From: Haplodiscus bocki
Lineage: Eukaryota
Direction of reading: 5' to 3'
Assembly: GCA_965655095.1 (NCBI GenBank)
Contig: OZ296650.1
Span: forward strand, 24,800,001 to 24,864,000
Length of the DNA: 64,000 bases
The notes under the pieces are model-generated. The model made no database searches, was not told where the DNA came from, and was given only the letters and a program-made list of their open reading frames with translations. Below, one piece after another: positions 50,178 to 62,536 of the stretch (the stretch's first letter is position 1; the number at the start of each line of letters is the position of its first letter). Both the position numbers and the translations under genes were made by a program.

Positions 50178-52080
50178 GAAAGTTTATGAATGTTGATTTT
50201 CTGGTTCCGTTTTCGAAGTTCGACATGAACGTGAGTGCCGACCTAGGCGCTTACGTCGAGAAACTGGGAAAGCCTTGGAGCCACTCGAGTTGGCAGTGTA
50301 ATCTGGAGTACCCTTCTTTTTTTTCCAAAAGAATGATTCTTCTTTCGATATTGATTGGCTGTTACATCAAGCTCAAAACGAAGTTCGTCTTGCAGAGCAA
50401 GAGCTTGTCGCTCTCCACAACTACACTTCATCTTCCCTGAACACGGCACAAGGCGCCGCCTATGGACACAATAGGTCGCCGAGGGCAGCGCAACTTGCAG
50501 TGATGGCGCTTGCTTCCGCTGGATTATTTGGATCAGGAATTGCCCTTGGAGCTGGCGAACGCGGACTTAGGGAATTTTCGGATCTTGTCACGAACGGGCA
50601 AAACAACGCAGTTAATCTAGATCAATCAGCAGAGTTCAGGCAATTCCTACCAAAGCATGTTTTCAAATTACGAACCGACGTTAGCTATCATTTTCTCATT
50701 GTTACGACGGAACTTTGCACTTAAATCCGATTAAAAGGAAATGCTTGTAATCCAAAATAGTAACTGGAAAGTTATATGAGAACAATTTGAAATCTTAGAG
50801 CACAAGATTCATGTTTTACGGGATCTGACCACTTGTTATTCTCTCGACGGCAATTATATTTCAATTATGATACTTTTTTTTCACAGCTGGCAGTTACTTT
50901 TGCAAATATTAAAAGTTAAAGAAGCGCTCTTTACAGTCTTCGGATTAACATGATCAATTCAACACAGGCAATGCTCGATCATTATCTTTCTATATCGCTA
51001 GTTCCCAGACAATCACTCTCGAAAATTCTTGACATTGTCGCATTGGAACAATGGCGAGTATCGGACAGACGTACCTTAGCAATTCCTATTGATGAAATTT
51101 TAGCCTATGACGAATCGAAACCATTTCGTGATGTTTTAGTCATCGAGCAAGAATTTATCATGCGCATAGCAATTCCACTAGCAAGAAAGGAATCAACGTT
51201 TACAGTCTCTAGTGCTATAGCAGTCTCAATGCCTCAACCAGAAACCGATTTGGCAATTAATTGGAAATTAGAAGCGCGTTACTTAGCTATTTCAGAAAAG
51301 AACGATGACACAGCCTTCTTAACTGAATATGATCTCTCGCGATGTATTGGATCTACTCGCTATCAACTATGTCTAGACATGATTGCAATTGACGCAGGGC
51401 ACGGGTCCTGCCTAGCAACTCTGTATTGCAAAGATAGCGTTGAAGCTCTACAAACTTGCGAAACTGAACAAATAACACTACCTTCGACGGAAAAAGCAGA
51501 AAATTTAGGCTATGGAGCTTGGCTCATTATTTCGGCTACAACCGCTCATACTCTATACGAATCCGATACCGAATCTACTACGTTTTCTGGATTTACTAAA
51601 TATCTAGGATGCCGAATCTGTATAATCACCTTGAATTGCGCAAGGTAAATTCTCGCCGTCACATCAAGATCAGATCGGACCTCAGTACTTGCGAAGAACT
51701 TCCGGCTATCAAAGTGAATGTGAAATTTCCCGATCCTTTGAAATAAATATGAAGCGATTTACCAGCAATTGACGATATTCCCTATTACTCTCCGAAGATA
51801 CAGACAGGAGTTTCCTTACTAAAAGAAGTTCGCGAACGCTTTGTGGAAAGTCTGCAAATGCGCAACCCGAAAAAGAACTCTTAGATATCGCACGTCCGGT
51901 TACTTCTAAAACGACACAGCTGAGACCTTCACTCTCTAAAGATTTTGAATCCCATCTCTCCATCAAACACTCTCTGGTTATGGGTTTGATTTCCTTTACT
52001 GGTTCTATGCTACTTCATGTTTTGCTGTATCACCGCTATAAACATCACCACCCCACTACTCCACTTTGACGTGGCCTCTT
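50178..52080 (+). pseudogene. env: Envelope glycoprotein, F-type class I fusion protein (N-terminus missing)
   Basis: RSPR cleavage-like site (50473) followed in frame by the hydrophobic Gly/Ala peptide AAQLAVMALASAGLFGSGIALGAG. The 232-aa ORF 50950..51648 has Cys-rich spacing (RYLAIS...LSRC...YQLC...SCLATL...QTC). Transmembrane-like SLVMGLISFTGSMLLHVLLY (~51971-52030) with a basic tail. Confidence 0.85.
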
Positions 52081-52790
52081 CTGTTCTAAAGGCCTAAAGC
52101 AACGAGACGTAACAGCTGCTCCGAAGCAGCCCCTGCATATAGTGATGACTTAAGCCCAGTACAAGTATCTGCACCCGACTACTCGGCAAAAGTTCGAATA
52201 CTTAGTCGAGCTCAATCTGAGCAAAGTCTCTGCGCGCTATCCAACCCAAATCTAGCTACCTGTCAGGAAATCACTTCGACTGCGCCATCAGTTGACAATG
52301 TTCAAAATCTTAGAAATTTTTCATGAAATAACTCACCGCCTAGTGTGCAGCAGGCCCCTTGACCGAAAAATAAATGAGTTTCGTAAGCGCATGGGTCCTT
52401 TTTCGAACCGTTTAGAAAGGAACCAGTTCATTTTTTTGGCAAGCTGATTGAAATCAATATAATCGTTTTCAAACTTTCATACTGATCATATCCACTTTCG
52501 TTACTGTAGTTCTGAAAATTTTTAAAAATATATAAGCTTCATCAGACTGGACGGTTGTGTGCTGGCAATGCAACGGCAACTCTTCTGGATTCTGCATATT
52601 CATTGTGCATAGCGACATTTTTATGGGAACTGTTTTCAACTCTTCGAAGACTTTTTTAATCGAATTGCACCTTTTGGATTTTGGAATTTCAATTTATACT
52701 CAGCCATTCTGGAGATGCCTGTTCTGCTTCTGAGACCTTTGACCTTCCTTCGCCTTTTTCCACACGGTGATGAAACAGCGGCGAAGTGAC

Positions 52791-52804
52791 AGAAAAGAGG
52801 GTAG
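52791..52804 (+). promoter_or_regulatory. Polypurine tract
   Basis: AGAAAAGAGGGTAG abutting the 3' LTR. Confidence 0.8.
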
Positions 52805-53525
52805 TGTAACATTGCATGTTATAAAAACTACAGCAGAAAATACTCATCCAAGGAATGTGCGCATCAAAACTTATCTCTAAAGGAAATATGAACAAAACTT
52901 GAACTTCGCACTTTCGGGAATCTAAACGGCGCTATATTTAAGATAAACTACTCCCATTTATCATTAGGTTAAACATTGATCTATTAAATAATGTATACTC
53001 TTTAATTTTTGACAATTAGATTTGAACGCTCTAGAAGAAAGTTGGTTTACTTAACTAACAAAATTTCTGCTTTGACGAGCTGTTGAGTTGAAGATTGTAG
53101 CAAGTCGAATCGCGGGAACCTCGTATCCATCAGAGACATACTGTACCTGAAAATTCAGAAGATATTAAAACCCGCTCTGGTATGAAGGAAGCAAAACTCG
53201 AAGTAAGAGCACATACATTAGATGGTGACAGTTCGGGTGCGACGATCAGCTACTTAGTATAGGCCAGCAGCTGCACAAGACGTCTGGATCCACTGGTTGG
53301 TCTAAACAGTATGAGTAGGTTAGTATGATCTTGTCATTCAAAAATAACCTAACTAGAGACTAAAGGCCTACCTTTCAAAAAAGGAAGACGCTTAACCTTA
53401 TTCGAGCAGACGACAGACACCTATCTGGAACTACACTAATCCTAGAATGCAGTGAGCCGTAGTCCTTCTTTTCTGTCAGTCCTATTCTTGATCCTAACTT
53501 ATGAAGTTTAATTTAGATACATACA
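52805..53525 (+). repeat. 3' LTR
   Basis: TGTAAC...GATACATACA; direct repeat of the three 5' LTR copies. Confidence 0.95.
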
Positions 53526-54230
53526 CCAGCCTTTGATACATAAGTGTCTTAAATTTTTCATCGTTTCTTTTCAAAACAACGAAGAAGTGTTGAGACCACC
53601 CACCGTGGAGTTCCAATGAACCTTCTAAATCAAGTAGAGAAGGATGGAAGGAAACTGCAAAGAGCGGTTGTCTTACACAAACGTGTGAAGAAATGTAAGA
53701 AAAAATAAGCAGAGCCAAGTGAGAAAGAACTTTCTTTGTCAGAAGAAGCAAACAGAGAATCTTCATATACTTGAAAAGCCTTGCAGATAGCGCACGAACT
53801 GTCAATAGATCAAAAGTCACCAATTGCGAGGCGATATCTGACAAGTGAAAGGCCGAACTGATTAATAAGTTCTTCGTATCCGATTTTACTGATTGTTTTC
53901 TTTAAACCCCCACAAAGAGGTTTTTGGCGGAACAGAATATAACGGAGGCAGAAAGCTTATTTGAACTTGAAAGTCTGCATTCGAACGCAAGTAAGGAAGA
54001 TGATGCAATTCAGCCCATTCTGTTAAGGTTGTTATTTCACCATCATTGACGAACCTTTTGAACATTAGCCGACTGCAAATTTTTCCGTCAGAATGGAAAA
54101 TAAGCATCGTGTCACCCATCTTCAAATATGAGAACCGAAAAAAAGTCTCGCCATGAAGACCAGCTTGAATATCATCCCTAAACTTTCTGAAAAGGTTGTT
54201 TCGAGCCATTGCAGAAACCTCCATCGTAGT
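53526..54230 (-). mobile_element. DIRS/Ngaro-like reverse transcriptase fragment, upstream half (target of the LTR element)
   Basis: Pieces FVNDGEITTL...PPLYSV..., KIGYEEL (cf. KFKYEDL), VTFDL, ending TLMYQRL, which joins GFE on the far side of the insertion. Confidence 0.5.
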
Positions 54231-54249
54231 GATTGATAAATGCCATTAC

Positions 54250-54700
54250 GTGTTCTGTCCGCGACTAAATGTTATTGTTCAATTGTTTTTGCAGTTTGAC
54301 ACAAATTTATAATCTGATTGGAGCCGCAAAAACCTACGATCTTTCCGTTCTGTCTGATTTTTTTGAAGCTTTTCTCAAGATGAAGCGTAGTCAGCTCCTG
54401 GCGAAACTGCTGCAATTAGACATGTCAAAGGTGTTTTCGAACTTTTGCGTGATTACCTAAGTGGAAGATTTCAGAGTGTGAAAGTCCATGAAACGCACCG
54501 GGAGTATTTCACCATAATGTTTTTAGTCCGATAGGGATTTGTCATTAGACATTTATTGTGCATGATCTCTATCAATGATTTGCCTTTTGCTGTCTACTAC
54601 TCGATTGCTGTGCTTTCTGGAGACTACCCCGAAATTTTTTTTTCAAGGCAAAGAAACGGCCCTCAGTAATTTCCAGGATGACTGGAGCATCATGCATTGA
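54250..54700 (+). mobile_element. Degenerate LINE RT fragment
   Basis: DFFEAF...LLAKL, YLSGRFQSVKV and INDLP remnants. Confidence 0.6.
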
Positions 54701-57700
54701 ACTAAGAGAAGTGCTCACTCACAGAATGCAAAGTTCGGAACAGATATGGAAGGTCACTTGAAGCGACGCTCTATTTTGTCGTTAGATTTAAAAACTGAAG
54801 TATTTAAAAATTTCAAGCATATTTCTTTTCGATATAAATATTTACAAGATGCTCTCAGGCAATCATAGCGGTTTTTGCTAAAGAGGAAGATACTCTAGCG
54901 TTTAAAGACTAACTTGGAATAAGGGTCGAGAACTAACAACTGTCAAGCTTCATTGATTTTTCAAAAATCAGTTCTGTTAGATAAGGTTAAAAAAACTGTA
55001 TGCTACGACTGGGGTGATTATGTTCGGACGTAGTCATTGTAGTTTTCGTGTTTGTTCACCCATTCTGCGACTGAATAGAAGAATGTGCATTGGAAACCGG
55101 CTTATAATAATTTTCTTTGTCTTGTCCAAAACTTGCGTTCTGTGACGTTATCAAAGAGTCTAACGATGTAGTGAAAATTATCAAAAACGACTTCTTTTTG
55201 CAGTTGTTTATTTTCGCGTTGCAAAATATGCTAAGTTCATATACATAATGTCCGAAAAAAATGACTATATAGTTTCCTAAAAAGTTATGTTTCGTATATC
55301 AATGTCTTCAATGGCTTGATTTTGAAATACGGGTAATGGTTTACTAAGTGACCGAAAAAACGATCCTTTTTCGAAATTTAAGTTCTCAGAAATGCAAGTC
55401 TTATTAAACAAATCGTTAGTATGCTTTTGAAATTTCTTGCCCGCTTGTCAATTATCTGCAATATTGACACTCATTTTGTCATGTACTGAAACCTTGCCTT
55501 AGTTGAGGACAGATGAACTTGAAACTTAGACTCAGAATTCCTTGACATTTTAATAAACTTTAAACCATTTTAACATTTTAAACTTAATTAACATCTTAAT
55601 TATTTATACACAATGTTTATTTTAATATTGATGAGAGCTGATCTCAAAATCAACAGCTCAGAAGAGTAATAATTGAAATAATGAAAAGGTTCTCTCAACT
55701 AATCCAAAAGGATTGTGATCCATGCATCCAAGATTCTTGTCCGCTCGCCAATAAACTGCTGTCTCCAATAGTGTAAAACATAAACTAACACCTGAAGAAG
55801 AGGTTTAAAACTTGGTGACAGTTCGGAGACAATCCTGAAAATGCAATACAGAGAACTACCCTTTTTGGGCTGAAAAGCCCGCTTGTGCTCCGTACCAACC
55901 ACCCGCTGCGATTCCTTCACGTCATCCACCAAACCCAGCCACATCATCCATGTCCAGACCAAGTTCCCAGTTGAAGTCCAGTTCCACATCCACAAGACTG
56001 CAAAACTAAAACAAGAGAAGGATCAGCAGTATCATTGAACTTTGCCAAATACTTCCAAATTATCTGCTGTGTGTTTTGGACAAAAAGTCTCTAAATCATT
56101 GGACGCTTCATTTCAATGTTTGGACTGTAAACTTTTCTGGAGGAAATTTTGAATTGACTGTGGAACAGCAACTTTGAGTCGCAAACAGTCGCAATTCAAC
56201 ATTGCTATTCCGAATTTTTTTCATTGATGTTCAATTGAGGTTCAGTTTGGACAAGACGACGACAAGACATTGGGATCTCAATTTTCATTCAGATGTTTGA
56301 CGTGATGCTTCAATTCAATCACGAACAGTCAGTGGTGCTGGTGAGTTAAAAGCCAGTATTGATGTAGTAAATTATATGATGTTTTAATCGTTTCAATTCG
56401 ATTCAATTGCTTTCATTTAGCTTGCAACGCCCTTTGCTTTCAACTTTTCGCTTTCAAACTTGTTTTTCTTTCAATCACTTTAACTTTAACATTGTTTCAA
56501 GTAATTTTCTTGATCTGAAAGTTTTGGAACTTTCCTTTTATAGAAATTGAGTTGTAAACAACTCTGAAGTTTTGAAATAGTTTTCTAGCATAGGTGACAC
56601 TGTTTTTTTCCCGTTCTCTACTATTAAAAGCTTAAACATTGGGCTACCAAATGGCAAAACCCAAAAAGTTTTGATTGTCAGCTTGATTTTTGAGTATGAG
56701 GCACTGTAAGAGGTATTCGTATCAATTCGACTGTACCGAACAAGCGTTAGATTCACAGCTGGTCTGGTAATCTCCGGTGTAGTAATTCTAATAGTGTATC
56801 ACATCCCCGATTATATTCTCAAATGTCTCTCAGCACCTTTGATATGTGATACGTGTTTTTGATGTCTACTGACGAGTCAGACTGTGTTGCAAAGTTATGC
56901 TTTGCCTTTGTGCTTCTGTTTTGATTTCATAATTTCAATATTTTCCGTGGAAATATTTTCGAAAAGAAAGTTCAATTCAGTAGGCCAGTTTTTTCGTACT
57001 CCTTAAACTGCCCATGACGCGCTGACTTCGCGTTGCGGAATCATTGATGGCTTGTATAACAAATTTGCCACTGCGATTTGGTAACCCACAGGTAGCAGGT
57101 TCGACAGGATTCGTTTTTTTGATGAATTGGTTGTTTTCTCAAACTCTTTCTTCCCCAGGTAGCTCAGATAATTTGTTTTTGCTCGAGTTTTTCCAAAATC
57201 TACTCTTTTTTCAAGGAAGACGAAGAAAATTTTATTATGACTAAAAAAATTGTAACAATATTTTTTAAAAACTTTTGTGTTCTTTTTGCTTACCGTTTTT
57301 TGTCGTTTTCATTATTTTTTCGGAACCAAAACTTAAAAAAATTACTGACATTTCTGCTTATTAGGATTCATGTTTCTTCATAGCAATGGTCTTCACCTCT
57401 TCAATCAATGTTTAAATCGGAGTAATGCTGGTGGAGGATTGTTCCGTTAAAAAAGTTCCGTTTTAGTCCTTGCATCCGAATCCTGGAAGTCAGAAAATGC
57501 CAAAATTTACTTTTTGAGCTATCTCGATACTCAAATTCATGTTACTGCATAATTGCTGGTTGACTCCTTCCTTGAAAGTCTCATTCAATGGCTTTGTACG
57601 CGCGAGGAACTATGTAGTTATAAGATCACCAATTTTTGTCTTTCCATTGGAATCTTGATAGGCCGAAAATTGCAAAAGGATGCTTTTTTGTTGACATATC

Positions 57701-58379
57701 TTCAGTTTCTAATCCACGTGTCTCCATAACTTCAGGCTGAACTTCTGTCAAGGGCTCAATCAATAGTTGTCTACATGGGAAAAGTTTTCAATGGGAAAAT
57801 TGGTTGTCTTGCTTTCGCTGGAATCCTGATGGTCCGAATCTGCAACAATTGCTTTTGAGTATTGAAGTATCTCGGTTGTCAATTTTGTTTTTCTACATAA
57901 TTTTTAGCTTGGCTGGTTCCATCAAGAACTCGAACAGCAACTTCTGGCAGTGTGGGTGCAGAAAACGCTATACGATAACGGATTTCTGAAACGAACGGTC
58001 ACTGGATTGCCTGTTTGATGCATAACATAGAGTGGATTAAGTTGTCACCTTTTTAAAAGCACATTCAGGGAAGATCCTGTATTTGAACAATCAATGTTAA
58101 TTTCTTGGCAAGATTTGTTTTTCGGTAGAAATATACGCCTATTTTGCTGGCCACTGTGATCTTTTATTTCCCAAACTCATTTGAAGTCTTAGATGTTTCA
58201 GTGAAAGGAGATGGCCCATTGTTCATGTTTTCGCTGTAGAATGTTGCAGCAGAATCGCATAGCTGATTGTTGAATCGTGTAGAATAATCAAAATCATCCA
58301 AAATATAACAAAAACATCATTGATGCAAAAGACATTGGTTTCCCAAGAAACACTAGTGAAGTCCACAGGGCAACTCACA

Positions 58380-58590
58380 AGGCAAATTACAAGCATGTGT
58401 TCTGATCTAAATGATCCATTTCTGGATTTTTCTGTAAAAAAATGTATGATGTTTTTGAAGTTTTCAAGTTGAGCAAAAGTCAAAACACTCGATTTTGCTG
58501 ATGAAGAGGTGGGAATTAATGTGAAGAGCTTAGAAGTGAATCCTTGTAATGGAATGAATTTATATCTATTCAGCCCTGACTCATTCATGA
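58380..58590 (-). mobile_element. Possible hAT transposase C-terminal dimerisation-domain remnant
   Basis: KLFTLIPTSSSAKSSV...FTEKSRNG resembles L-IP-SSA--ER-FS...T--RN-L. Confidence 0.35.
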
Positions 58591-60639
58591 TTCATTCTAT
58601 AAAGTGATTGCAAGGGTGCGAATAAACATCCAGGTCTTTGATTGAGTCTGCCAATATAACAAACGTGAATGTAAATAACATGAAGTCATCGGCGTCATAG
58701 GCTCCCAGTCAAGAGAAATTGAGTAACTTTTGACTCCTTCATTTTCCCTGACATGATAGTGTTTCAAATTTTTGACCAGGGCCGGAAGGCTTAACTGTTA
58801 ATGCAGTTGTTATTTTAACAAAACCGCTGGCTACCACCAACATTTTTTGCGCCGATTTTGTAAAGAAGGCTTTTAAAAAGATGGGAATGTTTTTTCTCGA
58901 AATCATTTCTAATGTTTTTTCATCATAATTTCTGATTTTTCCAACTTTGAATAATTTGTGATTGTTTGCCGAAAAAACCTGAATATTTAGGGCGGAAAAA
59001 GCATTTTTAGGAAATACCTTTTGATACGCATTCTTCCGCAAACTTGCCATCTTTAACAATTTTGATAAATTTTACCGAAAATTCATTTTTTTCGAAGAAA
59101 AAACAGATTTCCAAAGTTTTGAGAAATCTTACTATTTGTCTCATTCTACATCAAAGTTGCTACAAGAATTCTCATGCGCTGAAATGTGAACGAACATCGG
59201 TCACGTGAACGCAATTGGCAAACATCGGGTGAAAAACCAACGCACCATTTGAGAGGAAGATTTTGCTTTCATATTGTAAATAATATGGTGGAAAATGAAA
59301 TATAAATATTGAATTTATCTGATCTCTAGAAAAACTTGCTGAATAAAGAGTTGCACAGTTACAGGCCAGATAAGCGATCCAAGGAAGGTACTTGCTCAAC
59401 GGAGGCATTCATTGTTTAAAACGACTTCCTTTCAGAAAAACCGTAAGTAATACATCATAGAAGAATTGGTGAGGCAAAATTGACCTGGAAAAAATTTTCC
59501 ATGTTTTCTTCTTTTGATTAATTTAATCCCTTCGGGAGCCCAATAGTTCAGCCCTACTTTGTGTGTGACGTTCATACACACTATACAAGCTGAATAACCA
59601 TCCTTGAGTTGTTTTTCGAGAGCAAGAAGACCCAAAAAAGTCCGAAGTTTTTGGAACAATTTTAAATACTATGAGCACCTAACTGGGTTCTCCTCCCCTC
59701 TAGTATCACCGCAGATTTGCCTCTTTTCCTCCGAGAGGTCTGTATTTTGGACATGACGGCCTAATTCATTTCATGCACGAATAGGGAGCCCGTAGGAGGC
59801 TCAAAGTAATTGGAAGCAATACCATGTACACAGGTCCAAGTAAAGAAATAATTTTTAATTGTGAAGTAATAGCGAATATTTAGCACCAAGTTACTTAGAT
59901 AAACGTAAATGTATGACAAGAGGATTCATAAACGAAAGAAATCAAACATTGTGAAAGTTAATAATTTATGAGTTTGTTGATTACCTGCAAAAACACGATA
60001 CGCTGAAGCAGCAAACATGCCGTGTGAAGATACCGCCTACAGAATGTCACGGTTCCGGCGAAAAACCAGTAGGGGGCGCCAAATCCAGGGCTCAGAGTTC
60101 CAAACATGCCGGACAGAGAAGGTGAGCTGTAATCCAGACTACAGATTAAACGCACAAGTTAATTGTTCTCCTTGATGTACTTTTTCAAGACGTTGTGGCA
60201 GAAGGTTGATTTTTCCGTTGAATGAGAGAGGAAAGAGCGGAGTTCTCTGGAATTGCGGACCAGCTTGTTTTATAGCATAGGGACTCTCCTTCATAGGGAA
60301 TGCTCCAACTTCTAGTTCGACAAAACGAAACAGGTACTCTGTTGGTAGAGGAGTCTAATTGAATTTCAATTTCAGGTTCAAAGCATAGAATGTTTTTCCG
60401 CGAAATTGCTGGATGACCGAACCGAATTCAATCAACAACAAACGTGAGGAACCCATATTTATGGCGTTGATCGATTTTGGGATTATTTTTTACTCCACTG
60501 ATGGAAGCTTCGGATGGAACAATATAGTTTGCAAGGTTCTGTGCAGTTGCAAAACAAAGATGAAGAACAGGGAACTACGTGCAAGCATAGATGATAACAC
60601 CATATGGGTTGATAGGCTGGACTTTAAATTTGTATTATT

Positions 60640-61600
60640 TGATTAGTTGCGATCTAGACAATAACCATCAAGTGCACAGGCCAATGCAATTGCGAAAAGA
60701 AACTTCGTTTTATCAATATTGGCTTGATCAGGGAAGGCCAACGTGCTGTCAATCGTGACTTCCAAATGCTTGACATTGGATTTCAGTTGTTAATGATCAC
60801 ACAGGTTAATTAGGAGTCCCCTGTTACCAGGAGAACCACTTTAGATTCATCAACATCACAGTTGACTTTGTTACTCGTCATCCAGTTCTCATCATTTTCG
60901 AGATCTGCGAGTCGTGAAGTGTTTTCGCCTGGTTCATCGAAAATATCGGTATGATCGGCAAAAAAGTGATATTTACTGACATTGCGCATAGTTGGCCATT
61001 GACGTCAAGTAGAAGCCATGGTCCAAGAACTGAGCCTTGGGGCACACCACACTTGTTCTCTTGATGAGCCTGCATTTTCAGTGAGTAACTTTTGCTTTCT
61101 GTTGGACAAGTAGGTTATCATAACTAAAACAAGTGGTCATCCGAAACCGTAGCGTTCCAGTTTTTGAGTTAGAATGGAATGACCGAGTGTGTCAAAAGCT
61201 TGCTTCAGAAAATGCAACACGAATCTTTTTTGTTATTCACAGCCTCTAACATGATGTGAAACGGAATCCAGGGGATCGAATCTTAAACTCGCTATTGAAG
61301 CCGAATTGATTCGGATCGAGGAGATAAAAATCATTTACGTAGCTAATAAATCTTCTGTATTTTACATCTTTGCATACTTTTGATAGAATTGGGAGTAAAA
61401 GTTGTTATTGTAAGATCCGGTGGAACTAAAAGTTTGCGAGCTCATCTTGGTAGGAAAAGTTTTTGCTAAATTTGGTGAAGGCAGAAATTATCGCAGAGGA
61501 TGTCGGGAGTCTTTTATTAACCTTCCATGATCCAAAACCACTGTTGATAGGGTGATGATTTCAATTTTTTGGGTGGAATCCTCTCTCAGTTTGATCCCAG
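60640..61600 (-). mobile_element. Degenerate LINE (CR1/L2-like) RT fragment
   Basis: CGVPQGSVLGPWL (61015-61055), upstream AFDTLGHSILTQKLERYGF and NQFGF remnants. Confidence 0.75.
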
Positions 61601-61825
61601 CTTCTATGTTTCCATTCGACAGGCAAATAATTTTCTTTTCAAATCGAGAAGGATTGTGTATTGGTTGATTTTACCCGTACAGGTGGTCGCTTCTCTGTCG
61701 TACGTAAAGACAATTATGCCATCCGCATTAACAAAAAATCTTCAATGTCGTCTTTGTTTTTTGGCAGCTTCAGATACCACCACACAACGGGGGATTTCAA
61801 GTCCAGCTTACAGAACCAATTTTAA

Positions 61826-61827
<2 letters not shown>

Positions 61828-61887
<60 letters not shown>

Positions 61888-61908
61888 CACACACACATAC
61901 ACACACAC
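61828..61908. repeat. Compound microsatellite (CT)n-(CA)n
   Basis: About 28 CT units followed by an imperfect CA run. Confidence 0.98.
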
Positions 61909-62049
61909 TTTCTCTAGCTATCTATCTCGCTAGTTATCTCGGTTGTTCCTTTCCCTCTGTGAAGCACCCACAGTCAGCTTTTTGAAAAGTTGTTTAGTTT
62001 TTTGTTATGGTTTACAATATCAAAAGTTCGCTTGGATTTAATGCTTGCA

Positions 62050-62330
62050 GAATAGTTTTGAGCGGTGATCTCCTTTGCTGAACCCACCTGCAAATTTCTC
62101 TGTGCTGTTACTTAAATGGTTAATGGATGACGTTTACGAAAACCATTCTGATGTTGATCGATGGGGATACAGATGAAAAGTATTGGCAGAACAAAGTGTA
62201 TTATTAGCCTCACTACCGGTGGCAACAACCTGACCGGGCGGTAACTTGAGGTTTCCCTGCTTTCGGTAGTAGTATGATAACTTCTGATTTCCACAAGCTA
62301 CGAATCCTTTCTTGTGAGCGAAAGTGTGAC
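62050..62330 (-). mobile_element. LINE RT fragment
   Basis: SSYRPVRLLPPVVRL...DQHQNGFRKRH, equivalent to the RPLSLL...QHGFRRNH segment of the 15981-17430 element. Confidence 0.65.
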
Positions 62331-62342
62331 CACTTTTAATAT

Positions 62343-62536
62343 GGAAGAGGAAGATGAAGATATTTACACCGGGGCAAGAATGTGTTACACCACAGGCCCC
62401 AAAATCTTTTTCCGATGCGTTCACAACTCGCACAAATTCCTAGATTTTGACCAAAGAGCGGAGAGTGTGGCCTAGGCTCAAACCTCGGACCTTTGGCGCC
62501 GCAGTCGCAAGCTCTGCTGACTGTGCCATTGCCGCT
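62343..62536 (-). mobile_element. tRNA-derived SINE-like element
   Basis: Minus strand has A-box-like TGGCACAGTCAG (62528-62517) and B-box-like GGTTTGAGCC (62484-62475) at tRNA spacing, ~110 nt of body, and a TCTTCA/TCTTCC repeat tail. Confidence 0.6.

Larger units (their letters stand above)
38307..53525 (+). mobile_element. Env-encoding Ty3/gypsy (Metaviridae-like) LTR retroelement, decayed, ~15.2 kb including a ~3.5-kb foreign block
   Basis: Order LTR-PBS-gag-PR-RT-RH-IN-macrodomain-ORF-[insert]-env-PPT-LTR. Outer termini TGTA...TACA; flanks CTAG and CCAG form an imperfect 4-bp TSD. Confidence 0.93.

Noticed and set aside
55699-55995. 98-aa minus-strand ORF preceded by a splice-acceptor-like TTTTGCAG, plus a 13-nt match to the LTR (GGTGACAGTTCGG)
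   Set aside because: No convincing protein in any frame, wrong strand for the nucleoplasmin gene, and an isolated 13-mer can arise by chance.
61569-61985. 138-aa ORF with SLSLSL/THTH runs
   Set aside because: Translation of a microsatellite plus antisense LINE debris.
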